48,872 nt of DNA from Christensenellaceae bacterium (GTDB taxonomy: Bacteria; Bacillota; Clostridia; Christensenellales; CAAEEZ01). Below are positions 15,486 to 24,373 of the stretch, piece after piece. The notes under the pieces were generated by a model. It had not been told where the DNA came from. It ran no database searches and worked only from the letters and a program-made list of their open reading frames with translations. The stretch covers positions 1 to 48,872 of the forward strand of contig JAHHUG010000002.1 in assembly GCA_020024085.1 (NCBI GenBank), in the 5' to 3' direction. The first letter of the stretch is position 1, and every line of letters starts with the position of its first letter. The position numbers and the translations under genes are program-made.

Positions 15486-16985
15486 CTAATACAATAATTT
15501 TGCATTATCTGGCAAATCTACAACCATTGTATTAAATGTTTTGATACTGAAGTGTTCTATATGATTTTCACTTTTTGGAACTACATAAATCCTTTTGTTT
15601 TTCCAAATAGTTGCACATTCCTTTTCTAAATACCTCAATGTGAACAACCTTGTAAATACCTCCGGATTAACGGTAAGTAGTACAAGTTGTGGGTCGGTAT
15701 CGTTAATTGTATTTTTAAGTGAAGCAGAAATTTTGCTAATGATATGCTCCTCGCTAAATACATATCCCGAACCATTACAATATGGGCAAGGCTTTAACAA
15801 AACCGTGTCTATCATTGACCTAGTTTTCTTTCGTGTAAGCTCTAGTAAACCAAGGCTTGTCATTGAAACAACCGTTGTTTTTACCCTATCCTTTTTAAGA
15901 GCTTTTTTCATCACCTCGACCACTTCGTCACGATGCTCCTGCATTACCATATCAATGAAGTCAACGATAATAATTCCACCAAGATTACGAAGTCGTAATT
16001 GTTTTGCTATCTCTACTGCAGCAAGTTTATTTGTCTCAAATACCGTTTGCTCAAGGTCATTTTCGCCAGTAAATTTACCCGTATTGACATCTATTGTGAT
16101 AAGTGCCTCTGTCCTATCAATGATTAGGTATGCACCATTTTTAAGCACAACCTTTCGTTTTAGCATTTTATCAATTTGGTTTGATAGTCCGTAGTATGAG
16201 AAAAAGTCCTCCTGTCCACTATAAACCTCAATCATATTTGGCTTTGGAGCAACCCTCTCTATCCTATCACGAAGAGTTGAAGCAAAAATTTCATCATTAA
16301 ATACAATAGCATCAAGGTCATTATCTATTAAATCTCGTACCATACGATAGATTAATGAGCCTTCCTCATAAAGTTTTGTAGCCTCGGGAGCTGTTTTATA
16401 GTCCTTATTTATTTGTTTCCACTCGCCGATTAACTTTTCTAGTTCGTTGTTTAATTGCTCATCGGTAGCGTTTTTACTTGCTGTACGAAGTATTACTCCA
16501 CCGTCAATATTTTTTATCGCATTTGTAGCCCATTTTTCAAGCCTTTCACGAACATCTTCTTCCTCAATTTTACGAGAAATACCAACATAATCATTGTTTG
16601 GAACATACACAAGTAGTCTACCTGGAATAGATACATTTGTAGATATTCTTGCTCCCTTTGTGCCAAACTCTTCCTTGATAACTTGACACATTATATCATC
16701 GCCTGGGCTAACCTTTAGGTCGGTACATTCTTGCACCTCTTTGTTAATAATTGATGACTTATCGTATGTTGATTCTCCACAATACAAGAACGCATTTCTT
16801 TCTAGTCCAATATTTACAAAAGCAGCTTTCATACCTTTGATAAGATTGACAACTTTACCCTTATAAATAGAACCTACAATAGAAGGAACATCTTGTTTTT
16901 CTAGTTGAAATTCTACAAGTTCGCCATCTTCTACAAGTGCAACTTGAGTTCTTCTTGGATGATAATCTATAAATAATTTCTTCAT
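15486..16985 (-). CDS. rng: Ribonuclease G/E family endoribonuclease
   Basis: 499 aa. S1 domain (GSIYKGKVVNLIKGMKAAFVNIG), the catalytic block IDVNTGKF and the DFIDM motif. Confidence 0.85.
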   Translation of the reverse strand: MKKLFIDYHPRRTQVALVEDGELVEFQLEKQDVPSIVGSIYKGKVVNLIKGMKAAFVNIGLERNAFLYCGESTYDKSSIINKEVQECTDLKVSPGDDIMCQVIKEEFGTKGARISTNVSIPGRLLVYVPNNDYVGISRKIEEEDVRERLEKWATNAIKNIDGGVILRTASKNATDEQLNNELEKLIGEWKQINKDYKTAPEATKLYEEGSLIYRMVRDLIDNDLDAIVFNDEIFASTLRDRIERVAPKPNMIEVYSGQEDFFSYYGLSNQIDKMLKRKVVLKNGAYLIIDRTEALITIDVNTGKFTGENDLEQTVFETNKLAAVEIAKQLRLRNLGGIIIVDFIDMVMQEHRDEVVEVMKKALKKDRVKTTVVSMTSLGLLELTRKKTRSMIDTVLLKPCPYCNGSGYVFSEEHIISKISASLKNTINDTDPQLVLLTVNPEVFTRLFTLRYLEKECATIWKNKRIYVVPKSENHIEHFSIKTFNTMVVDLPDNAKLLY

Positions 16986-17629
16986 TTTATTCTCTCCAAA
17001 TAATCTTCAACATTTTCCCCTGTTTCCGATATAAATTGGCTAATTTTTCTACTATTTGTAATATGAATATCAGTAGACAATTCTTCGTTAATTTTTTTAA
17101 TTAAGTAGTCTATTCTTAAGTTTGGATTACCACAAGCTAATGTACATTCAAAAGACTGATTTGACACTTTATAGTCATAAATTAGTGGTTTAACATCAGT
17201 TTCAGCTAGTTCACCCTTTCTCATAACTTGTAATACAATGCTAGGTCTTGACAAAAATTCATTGACTTTAGCTACCTCTAAATCGGTTAAATTAACCTTT
17301 ACAACATAGCTTGCTTTGTCAATATTTTTGGTTAATTTTGGGTTCTCATTTGACACATATTCCTTTGTAAAAACAATGCCACCTATACTCTTTTCGTTAA
17401 GCCTATCAATAATAGTTTTTTCCTCGGTATATATAGTTACATACTCGCTATCACTACTTACTCCAACAGGAAGTGGGGTGGTAAAATATAGTTGCATATG
17501 AGGGTGAAATCCCTTTGAATATTCCACATTAATTTTGCTACGATTGATAATTTTGATAAACTGCTTTAGTAGGTCAATATGCGATACAAATATTGCAGAA
17601 TCCTCTTTTTTATACCTTAATGTAATCAT
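16982..17629 (-). CDS. TIGR03936/DUF2344 radical-SAM-associated protein
   Basis: The ATG at 17629 forms an ATGA overlap with the upstream radical SAM stop; the ORF-track start at 17638 is a GTG. The N-terminus ITLRYKKEDSAIFVSHIDL is typical of the family as I recall it. Confidence 0.8.
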   Translation of the reverse strand: MITLRYKKEDSAIFVSHIDLLKQFIKIINRSKINVEYSKGFHPHMQLYFTTPLPVGVSSDSEYVTIYTEEKTIIDRLNEKSIGGIVFTKEYVSNENPKLTKNIDKASYVVKVNLTDLEVAKVNEFLSRPSIVLQVMRKGELAETDVKPLIYDYKVSNQSFECTLACGNPNLRIDYLIKKINEELSTDIHITNSRKISQFISETGENVEDYLERIK

Positions 17630-19389
17630 ATTGTACACCTACCTAAACTTGTAACACCACAACCATTACAACCATTTCTGCAATTTTTGGTTGTCTTGCC
17701 TTCTAGTGCCTTTTCGTATTCTTTAATCAAATATTGTTTAGTTACACCTGCATCAATAAAGTCCCAAGGAAGCTCCTCGGTAGTTGAAAATGCCCTTGTG
17801 TAATCCTCCACTTTTATACCTGCTTCATTAAAGGCTTCAATCCACGCATCAAAGTTGAAATGTTCTGACCAACTATCAAACCTGCAACCCTTTAAATAAG
17901 CAAGTTCAATAGCCTTTGAAAGTTTTTTATCTCCTCTTGCAAGAACTGCTTCGACCAATGAAGATTTGCTCTCGTGGTAGTGATAATCTACACCCTTAAT
18001 CTTTGACAAACCTTGATACAAATACTCCTGACGATTTCGCATTTCCTCAAGGCTAATTTGCTCGGTAAACTGAAATGGTGTATATGGCTTTGGAATAAAT
18101 ACAGCAGTTGACAATGTAATTCGCAACTTTCTATTTTTCCTTATGCTATAATACAAGTCCTTTAAGTGATTGCAAATTTCAATTATTCCGTCAAGGTCCT
18201 CATAGGTTTCGGTTGGAAGACCTATCATAAAATATAACTTTACGCTGTCGTAACCTTGTTCAAATGCACTACCGATGCTATTGTTAATATCATCAATAGT
18301 GATATTTTTGTTAATTACATCTCTAAGCCTTTGAGTACCTGCCTCCGGTGCAAATGTAAGTGAACTTTTTCTGCAAACTGAACTAATTACATTGTCATAG
18401 CTATTAAGCCTTAACGATGGCAAACTTAATGTAATATGGTTTTCTTTGCAATACTTGCTAAGGTCTGGTAAAAGCTCCATTAAAAAAGAATAATCGCCAG
18501 TACTCAAACTTGAAAGTGATAGTTCATTATAACCAGTATTTTCAAGTAAATTTATAGCTTGTTTAATTGCCACATCTTTCATCTTTTCTCTAATTGGTCG
18601 GTAGATAAAGCAAGCTTGACAGAATCTACAACCCGATGCACAACCACGATACAATTCTAATGCAACTCTATCGTGAACAATCTCGATATTAGGAACAAGT
18701 GGTTTGCTTGGATAATAACTTTTATTGATATCACTAACAACAGCTTTTTTTACCTTTTCGCCTTTTTTGTGAAGTCTTGGTACATACATACCAGTAATAG
18801 ACTGTGCCTTTTCAAGTATTTTCCACTTTGATAGTCCTTGTTTTTTGCCTTCTGCAACAAGATGACCAAACTCCCTTAAGCAATCCTCGCCCTCTCCAAT
18901 AGAAATGATATCTACAAAATCCTCAAAGGGTGCTGGATTAATAGAACAAGAACCACCTGCAAGGATAATAGGCATATTTTCCCCTCTATCCTTTGAGTAA
19001 AAAGGTATTTCAGCAAGGTCTAGCATATACAAAACATTTGTATAAAGTAGCTCAAAACCTAGTGAAAAACTAACAATATCAAAATTTTTAAGTGGTTTTT
19101 TAGTTTCAATAGAAAGTAGTGGCAAATTACCCTTTAACTTGTCACCTAAATCTACCCAAGGAGCATAACATCTTTCGCAAACAATATCCTCTTCCTCATT
19201 AAGCATATTGTACAAAATTGATACTCCTATATTGCTCATACCTACCTCGTACACATCGGGAAAACATATACACATATCTAGTGTATGAGGTTTGTTCATA
19301 TTTGGGGTATTATATTCGCCACCAGTATATCTACTTGGTTTTGATACATCTAGTAGCATCTCGTTGTATTTTTCTAAAAAGTTATCCAT
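17626..19389 (-). CDS. TIGR03960-type B12-binding-domain radical SAM protein
   Basis: 587 aa. Radical SAM cluster motif CASGCRFCQAC. N-terminal B12-binding-like region. Conserved gene pairing with DUF2344 and rng. Confidence 0.85.
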   Translation of the reverse strand: MDNFLEKYNEMLLDVSKPSRYTGGEYNTPNMNKPHTLDMCICFPDVYEVGMSNIGVSILYNMLNEEEDIVCERCYAPWVDLGDKLKGNLPLLSIETKKPLKNFDIVSFSLGFELLYTNVLYMLDLAEIPFYSKDRGENMPIILAGGSCSINPAPFEDFVDIISIGEGEDCLREFGHLVAEGKKQGLSKWKILEKAQSITGMYVPRLHKKGEKVKKAVVSDINKSYYPSKPLVPNIEIVHDRVALELYRGCASGCRFCQACFIYRPIREKMKDVAIKQAINLLENTGYNELSLSSLSTGDYSFLMELLPDLSKYCKENHITLSLPSLRLNSYDNVISSVCRKSSLTFAPEAGTQRLRDVINKNITIDDINNSIGSAFEQGYDSVKLYFMIGLPTETYEDLDGIIEICNHLKDLYYSIRKNRKLRITLSTAVFIPKPYTPFQFTEQISLEEMRNRQEYLYQGLSKIKGVDYHYHESKSSLVEAVLARGDKKLSKAIELAYLKGCRFDSWSEHFNFDAWIEAFNEAGIKVEDYTRAFSTTEELPWDFIDAGVTKQYLIKEYEKALEGKTTKNCRNGCNGCGVTSLGRCTI

Positions 19390-19602
19390 AATTATCTAAT
19401 TTTATAATATATAAATATAATTGTCAAATTATAAATTATTAAAGTACACTACCTTAAACTCTTATGTTTTATATCGAAATATAACATAAAACAGTGTTTA
19501 TATATTGATTTTGATACTTAAAATATTATGTATTGTCAGTATATCAAATATTTATTTGTAAAAATGCAATTATTAAATTATATTCCATAAAAAAAATTGC
19601 AT

Positions 19603-19627
19603 AAAAAAAGGGGTATTAATTTACCCC
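19603..19627 (-). terminator. Candidate terminator overlapping the glucokinase stop codon
   Basis: Minus strand: GGGGTA, loop, TACCCC, then TTTTTTT. The 5' arm lies in the last codons of the gene. Confidence 0.55.
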
Positions 19628-20563
19628 TAGCATTGCAGCACCAAGAATGCCTGCATCATTTTTAAGTTTAGCTTGCTTTACATCAATAGGTGGCAAGTAT
19701 TGATTGCCAAACAAATGTTCATTGACATATTTATTAAGTGGTTTGATTAAAAGTTCGTTTTGAGCAGATACTCCACCACCAATAAGTACAATCTCTGGTC
19801 TAAAAATATTAGCAATACCGATTATACCTGATGCAACATATTTAATATATGTATTTAGTACTTGTTTTGCAAGTTTGTCGCCTTTATTTACTGCCTCAAA
19901 CACAACCTTTCCGTTTACATCACCCATATCTTTTGCTATATTTGCAAGCACTCCGTTTGGTTCGGTTTCAATAGCTTTTTTAGTTTGTTCAATAAGTGCT
20001 GAAGTTGATGCATATTTTTCGTAACAACCATTTTCGCCACACGCACAATGTTTGCCATCAACAACTATTGTAATGTGACCACCCTCGGTACCTCCACCAT
20101 TTTTTGCAACAAGTAATTTTCCGTTGATAATGATTCCACTACCTACACCTGTTCCAAGTGTAACCATAAGTACATTTTCAGCACCTTTTGCATTACCAAA
20201 GTAATACTCCCCAAGAACTGCACAGTTTGCATCGTTTTCTACAAAACATTTTATATTATATTTATTTTTAACCTTACTTGCAATTTCAAGATGTTCTACA
20301 CCAAGGTTGCTTGCATATACAATTTCGCCATTGTTTGGATTGATAATTCCTGGAGAACCAATGCCAATACTTTCTATATCATTTACTGAAACATTGTTTT
20401 CTTGTAAAACTCTATCTATCAATGAAAAAATACATTCCGTTAATTTATCATTACTATTAAGTGGTGTTACCTCAGTAACTTTATTAGATAATTTACCATC
20501 GCTATCCATTAAAGCAACTTTGATACTCATTCCACCAATATCAACACCTACTCTATACTTCAT
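19616..20563 (-). CDS. glcK: ROK-family glucokinase
   Basis: 315 aa. N-terminal VGVDIGGMSIK. ROK zinc motif GHITIVVDGKHCACGENGCYE. Confidence 0.85.
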   Translation of the reverse strand: MKYRVGVDIGGMSIKVALMDSDGKLSNKVTEVTPLNSNDKLTECIFSLIDRVLQENNVSVNDIESIGIGSPGIINPNNGEIVYASNLGVEHLEIASKVKNKYNIKCFVENDANCAVLGEYYFGNAKGAENVLMVTLGTGVGSGIIINGKLLVAKNGGGTEGGHITIVVDGKHCACGENGCYEKYASTSALIEQTKKAIETEPNGVLANIAKDMGDVNGKVVFEAVNKGDKLAKQVLNTYIKYVASGIIGIANIFRPEIVLIGGGVSAQNELLIKPLNKYVNEHLFGNQYLPPIDVKQAKLKNDAGILGAAMLGVN

Positions 20564-20588
20564 ACTCTCACCTCAATTTGTCCTAATG

Positions 20589-21530
20589 TTAAAATTCTAC
20601 TTTAATAATTCTTGCACGATTTTTAATCTTGCACCTAAAATCCCTAGGCAATATCACACTATACATTTCGGGTACAATTTGTGTTTGTAATTTACCCATT
20701 CTAACATACTCTATTGCAAGGTCGCCATCAAGTGTCATTAACCAAGTCAAGCTATCCTCGTTGTAAAGTGCCATTCCTTCAGTTGAAATATCGCTTAACT
20801 TAAAGTATGGTGCAAAATCTTTTTTATGTATTACATTATTATTTTCAAGTAAAATTGGAAGTTTTAAGATAAAATGCTCGGATTTATTAAAGTTTGTAAC
20901 AGCTAGTCCCTCTTCAATATTAAGTGGGCGTGAGCTATCATTCCTGCCAAAGTCGTACATTCGATAGGTAATATCGCAATTTTCTTGAATGGCAACAAGC
21001 TTGATTCCACCTGTCATTGTGTGCAAATTGCCAGTATCTATTTCCACAATATCGCCCTTTTTTACCGACTGAAAATTCATAATTTCTAGCAAAGTGCCAT
21101 TATTTATCCTTTCTAAAACTTCTTCTTTTGTGGTGTCCTTATTAAAACCAACATAAACACCTGCTCCCTCTTTAGCATCAACTATATACCAAGCCTCCAC
21201 CTTACCCAAACTATGCATATGACTTTTTGCATAGATGTCCGAAGGGTGCACTTGCACTGATGGGAAATCGGCAGTATTAGCAAGCTTAATTATAATAGGG
21301 AACTCCTTTGGCTCGTTATCCTTTACCCAATATGGATAGTCCTCAAATATTGTTGACAAGTTTTTGCCAACCAGTGAACCATTGATAACAGTAGAAGGCT
21401 TGTCCTTAAGTGTGGATAATACATAAGCTTCTGACGCTCTGCCAGTATGATTATAATATTCATTCAAGCCATCGCCACCCCATACAGAACTTGATATAGT
21501 TGGCTCGATTAATAGTGGATACTTTTTCAT
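20589..21530 (-). CDS. manA: Class I mannose-6-phosphate isomerase
   Basis: 313 aa. Cupin motifs SVQVHPSD, GKVEAWY and NLHTM resemble the YvyI/Pmi type. Confidence 0.8.
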   Translation of the reverse strand: MKKYPLLIEPTISSSVWGGDGLNEYYNHTGRASEAYVLSTLKDKPSTVINGSLVGKNLSTIFEDYPYWVKDNEPKEFPIIIKLANTADFPSVQVHPSDIYAKSHMHSLGKVEAWYIVDAKEGAGVYVGFNKDTTKEEVLERINNGTLLEIMNFQSVKKGDIVEIDTGNLHTMTGGIKLVAIQENCDITYRMYDFGRNDSSRPLNIEEGLAVTNFNKSEHFILKLPILLENNNVIHKKDFAPYFKLSDISTEGMALYNEDSLTWLMTLDGDLAIEYVRMGKLQTQIVPEMYSVILPRDFRCKIKNRARIIKVEF

Positions 21531-21594
21531 AACTTTATTGTAAAATTTTATACAATAAAAGTCAATAAACTAAACTAACATAATTACATTTGCA

Positions 21595-22416
21595 TCAAAA
21601 ATATATATCCTTAATTTTTGTATAAATTGGATATTTTTTTACTAATTCTTCAAGTTTTTCTTCCGAAATTACATTATTTGTACTATTGCTATCAACAATT
21701 ATATAAGTATTGATTGTTTTAGGGCTTAATAATTTTATTAATTTTAATAGCAAAACATCGCTTGTAATGTATATTTTTTTTCCCTCAACACCACTTTGAT
21801 AATCCTTAACTATAAATGCCGAATTAAGCACATAATTTTCACTTTCCTTTTTAGTGCCACTCGTTGCCCCAACAAATAAAAATATCGCAAATATTCCCAA
21901 GGTAAAATTGATATCATAAAAAGCTGAAACAATAAAAAGTATCATAAAAATAAATGAAAAAATGACACCTAATATTCGTAAAATTTTTAATGCCTTTAAC
22001 CTGTTTTTTGAAAAAGTTAATATAAATCTTGCTCCGTCAAGTGGATATACGGGTATTAAATTAACAAAAAATATACCTAGATTTGTGTACACAAAACTCT
22101 TTGTATAGTAGTATGAGGTTGGAATAATCCACCAAAATGCAATAAAGATTATTGCAATTAACAAACTTACAACTGGCCCACTAATTGCAATAATTCTTTC
22201 CGATTTTTTGTCTATATTTTCCTCTCCTGATATTACTGCACCATATGGCAAAAGTTTGATTTCTTTTAGGTAATATCCATAGTACTTTGCAGTAGTTTTA
22301 TGTCCTAACTCATGTAGTACAACTGCGACTATTCCATAGAATAATGCCACTCCCTGCCCGTAAATTATCAAAATTAACGAAAAAAGCAGGAATAATGGAT
22401 GCAATTTTAATTTCAT
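21595..22416 (-). CDS. M50 site-2 protease, SpoIVFB-like
   Basis: 273 aa, polytopic. HELGH in a TM helix, NLIPVYPLDGARF, and a C-terminal soluble CBS-like region. It occupies the spoIVFB position between the min genes and rplU. Confidence 0.8.
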   Translation of the reverse strand: MKLKLHPLFLLFSLILIIYGQGVALFYGIVAVVLHELGHKTTAKYYGYYLKEIKLLPYGAVISGEENIDKKSERIIAISGPVVSLLIAIIFIAFWWIIPTSYYYTKSFVYTNLGIFFVNLIPVYPLDGARFILTFSKNRLKALKILRILGVIFSFIFMILFIVSAFYDINFTLGIFAIFLFVGATSGTKKESENYVLNSAFIVKDYQSGVEGKKIYITSDVLLLKLIKLLSPKTINTYIIVDSNSTNNVISEEKLEELVKKYPIYTKIKDIYF

Positions 22417-22417
22417 T

Positions 22418-22582
22418 TTAGACTAAACCAACAATCAAAAATGCAACTCCTACAATTATTCCTACCGATACAAAAAGCATACTAAAATCCAAAAAATCAA
22501 GTCGTTTAGTTTTCTTTTTTTCTTCCTTTACAACATACTCATTTTTGTAACCATCTGCTTCAATAATTTTTAGTTTTTCCAT
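22418..22582 (-). CDS. Unannotated 54-aa single-pass membrane protein (too short for the ORF track)
   Basis: Hand translation: MEKLKIIEADGYKNEYVVKEEKKKTKRLDFLDFSMLFVSVGIIVGVAFLIVGLV. GAGGTGA RBS 4-5 nt upstream. Its stop TAA ends 1 nt before the ATG of the M50 protease gene. Confidence 0.45.
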   Translation of the reverse strand: MEKLKIIEADGYKNEYVVKEEKKKTKRLDFLDFSMLFVSVGIIVGVAFLIVGLV

Positions 22583-22621
22583 AACTCACCTCACAATTAA
22601 TGCTACAATTAATATATGAGG

Positions 22622-22849
22622 TTACTTTGCAATATATGCCCTTTTTAATTTATCTGCTTTGCAAGAAATATTAATGGTATAGATAGAATAATTATCCACA
22701 TCAATATCTATGGATAAAGTCTTGTCTATTACATCAAAATAATCGGTAAGTATATTATAGATATCGCTACGAATAACCTCGGTAAAAGAGCCTGTTTCCT
22801 GCATTTTATCATTAAGTAAAATCTGTTCTGCTCGCTTATTATTTTTCAT
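22622..22849 (-). CDS. minE: MinE-like topological specificity factor (short N-terminus)
   Basis: 75 aa, immediately after minD (8-nt gap, AGGTGA RBS). KRAEQILLNDK resembles the MinE contact helix AKERLQ. The C-terminal part is beta-rich. Confidence 0.65.
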   Translation of the reverse strand: MKNNKRAEQILLNDKMQETGSFTEVIRSDIYNILTDYFDVIDKTLSIDIDVDNYSIYTINISCKADKLKRAYIAK

Positions 22850-22857
22850 TTATTCAC

Positions 22858-23646
22858 CTATAAAATTCGTTTAATTTTGCTTCTAATTTTGCCCAAAGTT
22901 CCCCTATATTTACTACTACAATCGTAGACAATATTGCTAGAACCCATAATATTATCTGCAAGCGACAAAAATGCCTTTGTGGAACGAGTTTTTTCATTGA
23001 CTGTTGTTGCATTGCTTAGTACCACATCGTCATCAGCTGGTATTACTCCTATGGGATTAATACGAAGAAGTCTACTAATATCAGTTACGCTAAACATTTC
23101 GCCCGTTACAACCAAATCTCCTCGCATCATATTAATTACTAGGTTTATCTTGTCAAGATTGTAGGTAGACAGAGTGGAAATAGTTTTGTCTGCATCTCGA
23201 ATAGCCGATATATTAGGAGTGGTAACAACTATTGCCTCGGTAGAAGATACTACTGCCCTATGAAAACCCATATCCATTCCTGCTGGGCAATCTATAAGAA
23301 TATAATCAAAATAATTATCAAGATTATAAGCAATATTTTCGAAGTCCTTGGTTGTAATTTCACTTTCACTACCACCCTTTGTAGAGGGTAAAACATACAA
23401 ATTAGGCAACATTAAATCCTTGACAAGTGCTTGCTTTGGTCTGCATTTGCCTTTTGATACATCTAGTATATCGTACACAACCTTGTTCTCAATACTCATT
23501 ACAACATCAAGATTGTTTAGTCCAATATCGCCATCAATTAAGCATACCGATTGACCTTTCAAGGCTAATGCTGTTCCAAGATTTGCAGTAAGTGTAGTTT
23601 TTCCTACTCCACCTTTACCCGATGTTATAACTATTCTTCGTGCCAT
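22858..23646 (-). CDS. minD: Septum site-determining ATPase MinD
   Basis: 262 aa. Deviant Walker A SGKGGVGKTT, DCPAG, and a basic amphipathic C-terminal tail. Confidence 0.9.
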   Translation of the reverse strand: MARRIVITSGKGGVGKTTLTANLGTALALKGQSVCLIDGDIGLNNLDVVMSIENKVVYDILDVSKGKCRPKQALVKDLMLPNLYVLPSTKGGSESEITTKDFENIAYNLDNYFDYILIDCPAGMDMGFHRAVVSSTEAIVVTTPNISAIRDADKTISTLSTYNLDKINLVINMMRGDLVVTGEMFSVTDISRLLRINPIGVIPADDDVVLSNATTVNEKTRSTKAFLSLADNIMGSSNIVYDCSSKYRGTLGKIRSKIKRIL

Positions 23647-23724
23647 ATTCCCTCCACTATTATTATAAAAATAATATAACTAAAAATAATGGTAGAATTT
23701 GGATTATTATAAAAATTTTGCAAT

Positions 23725-23748
23725 AAAAAAAGCACCTAAATCGGTGCT
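23725..23748 (-). terminator. Rho-independent terminator between the membrane-protein gene and minD
   Basis: Minus strand: AGCACC, 6-nt loop, GGTGCT, then TTTTTTT. Confidence 0.65.
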
Positions 23749-23791
23749 TATTATTATTAAAAATTAACAGATTATTTGTAAAAAAATGTAG

Positions 23792-24373
23792 TTAATCGTC
23801 GTTTTTTGTATCATTAACTTCGCTTTCTGTTATTTTAGCTAAATCCTCATTTTCAAAAGTTTCGGTATTAGTTTGATTATTTAATGTATTTGTATCATCA
23901 TTTTGTTCTTTAATAGTATCTTGTTCAGCTGTATTTCTATCCTTTGATGTACCCATTTCCTTTACCACAAAATCAATGTTTTCTGCTTTTGTTGGGGTAT
24001 CGGTAGCCTCTTTTTTTAATTTCTTTTGAGTAAGATATTCCTTTGTATATAATACCAAAGTTACTAAAAAATCAAAACCAGCAACACCATATACAACATA
24101 GGTAAATACTTTATTTTTTGTTGCTACAACAGATATAAGCATTGCAAGTGCAATAATTGCAACCACCACCAAAACAACCAATACTGTAAATTTATTTTTG
24201 TTGTAAACTTTTGAAATTTTGTACTTTCTAATATCCTTCAATGCTTGCAAAAGTAGGATTATTGATGCCACCGTAAATATATAAGTAAGTACATTAATGG
24301 TGGATAATATTGTCGCAAGACTGATTGCAAGAATATCAAAAATGACAGTTCCGTATAAATCTTTTTCGTCCAT
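23792..24373 (-). CDS. Hypothetical four-TM membrane protein with an acidic, Asn/Thr-rich tail
   Basis: 193 aa. About four hydrophobic helices in aa 8-110, then a low-complexity D/E/N/T tail. The start overlaps the stop of the mreB-like gene (TAATG). Confidence 0.6.
   Translation of the reverse strand: MDEKDLYGTVIFDILAISLATILSTINVLTYIFTVASIILLLQALKDIRKYKISKVYNKNKFTVLVVLVVVAIIALAMLISVVATKNKVFTYVVYGVAGFDFLVTLVLYTKEYLTQKKLKKEATDTPTKAENIDFVVKEMGTSKDRNTAEQDTIKEQNDDTNTLNNQTNTETFENEDLAKITESEVNDTKNDD

Noticed and set aside
15595-16194. A 199-aa plus-strand ORF opposite rng. Similar long antisense ORFs occur at 42951-43463, 42021-42338, 38774-39274, 40207-40659, 44062-44472 and 46387-46734.
   Set aside because: All are fully nested antisense to genes with clear family signatures and have compositionally biased products. 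I treated them as non-coding.
19471-19498. An imperfect AT-only inverted repeat (TTATGTTTTATAT..ATATAACATAA) upstream of the radical SAM gene.
   Set aside because: It is made only of A/T pairs and includes a bulge, so stability is low and it is common by chance in this composition. No adjacent T-run or recognisable operator consensus was seen.
21535-21558. An 8-bp AT hairpin (TTATTGTA/TACAATAA) between the M50 protease gene and manA.
   Set aside because: It has no G-C pairs and no following U-run, so it is unlikely to be a terminator. No known motif was recognised.
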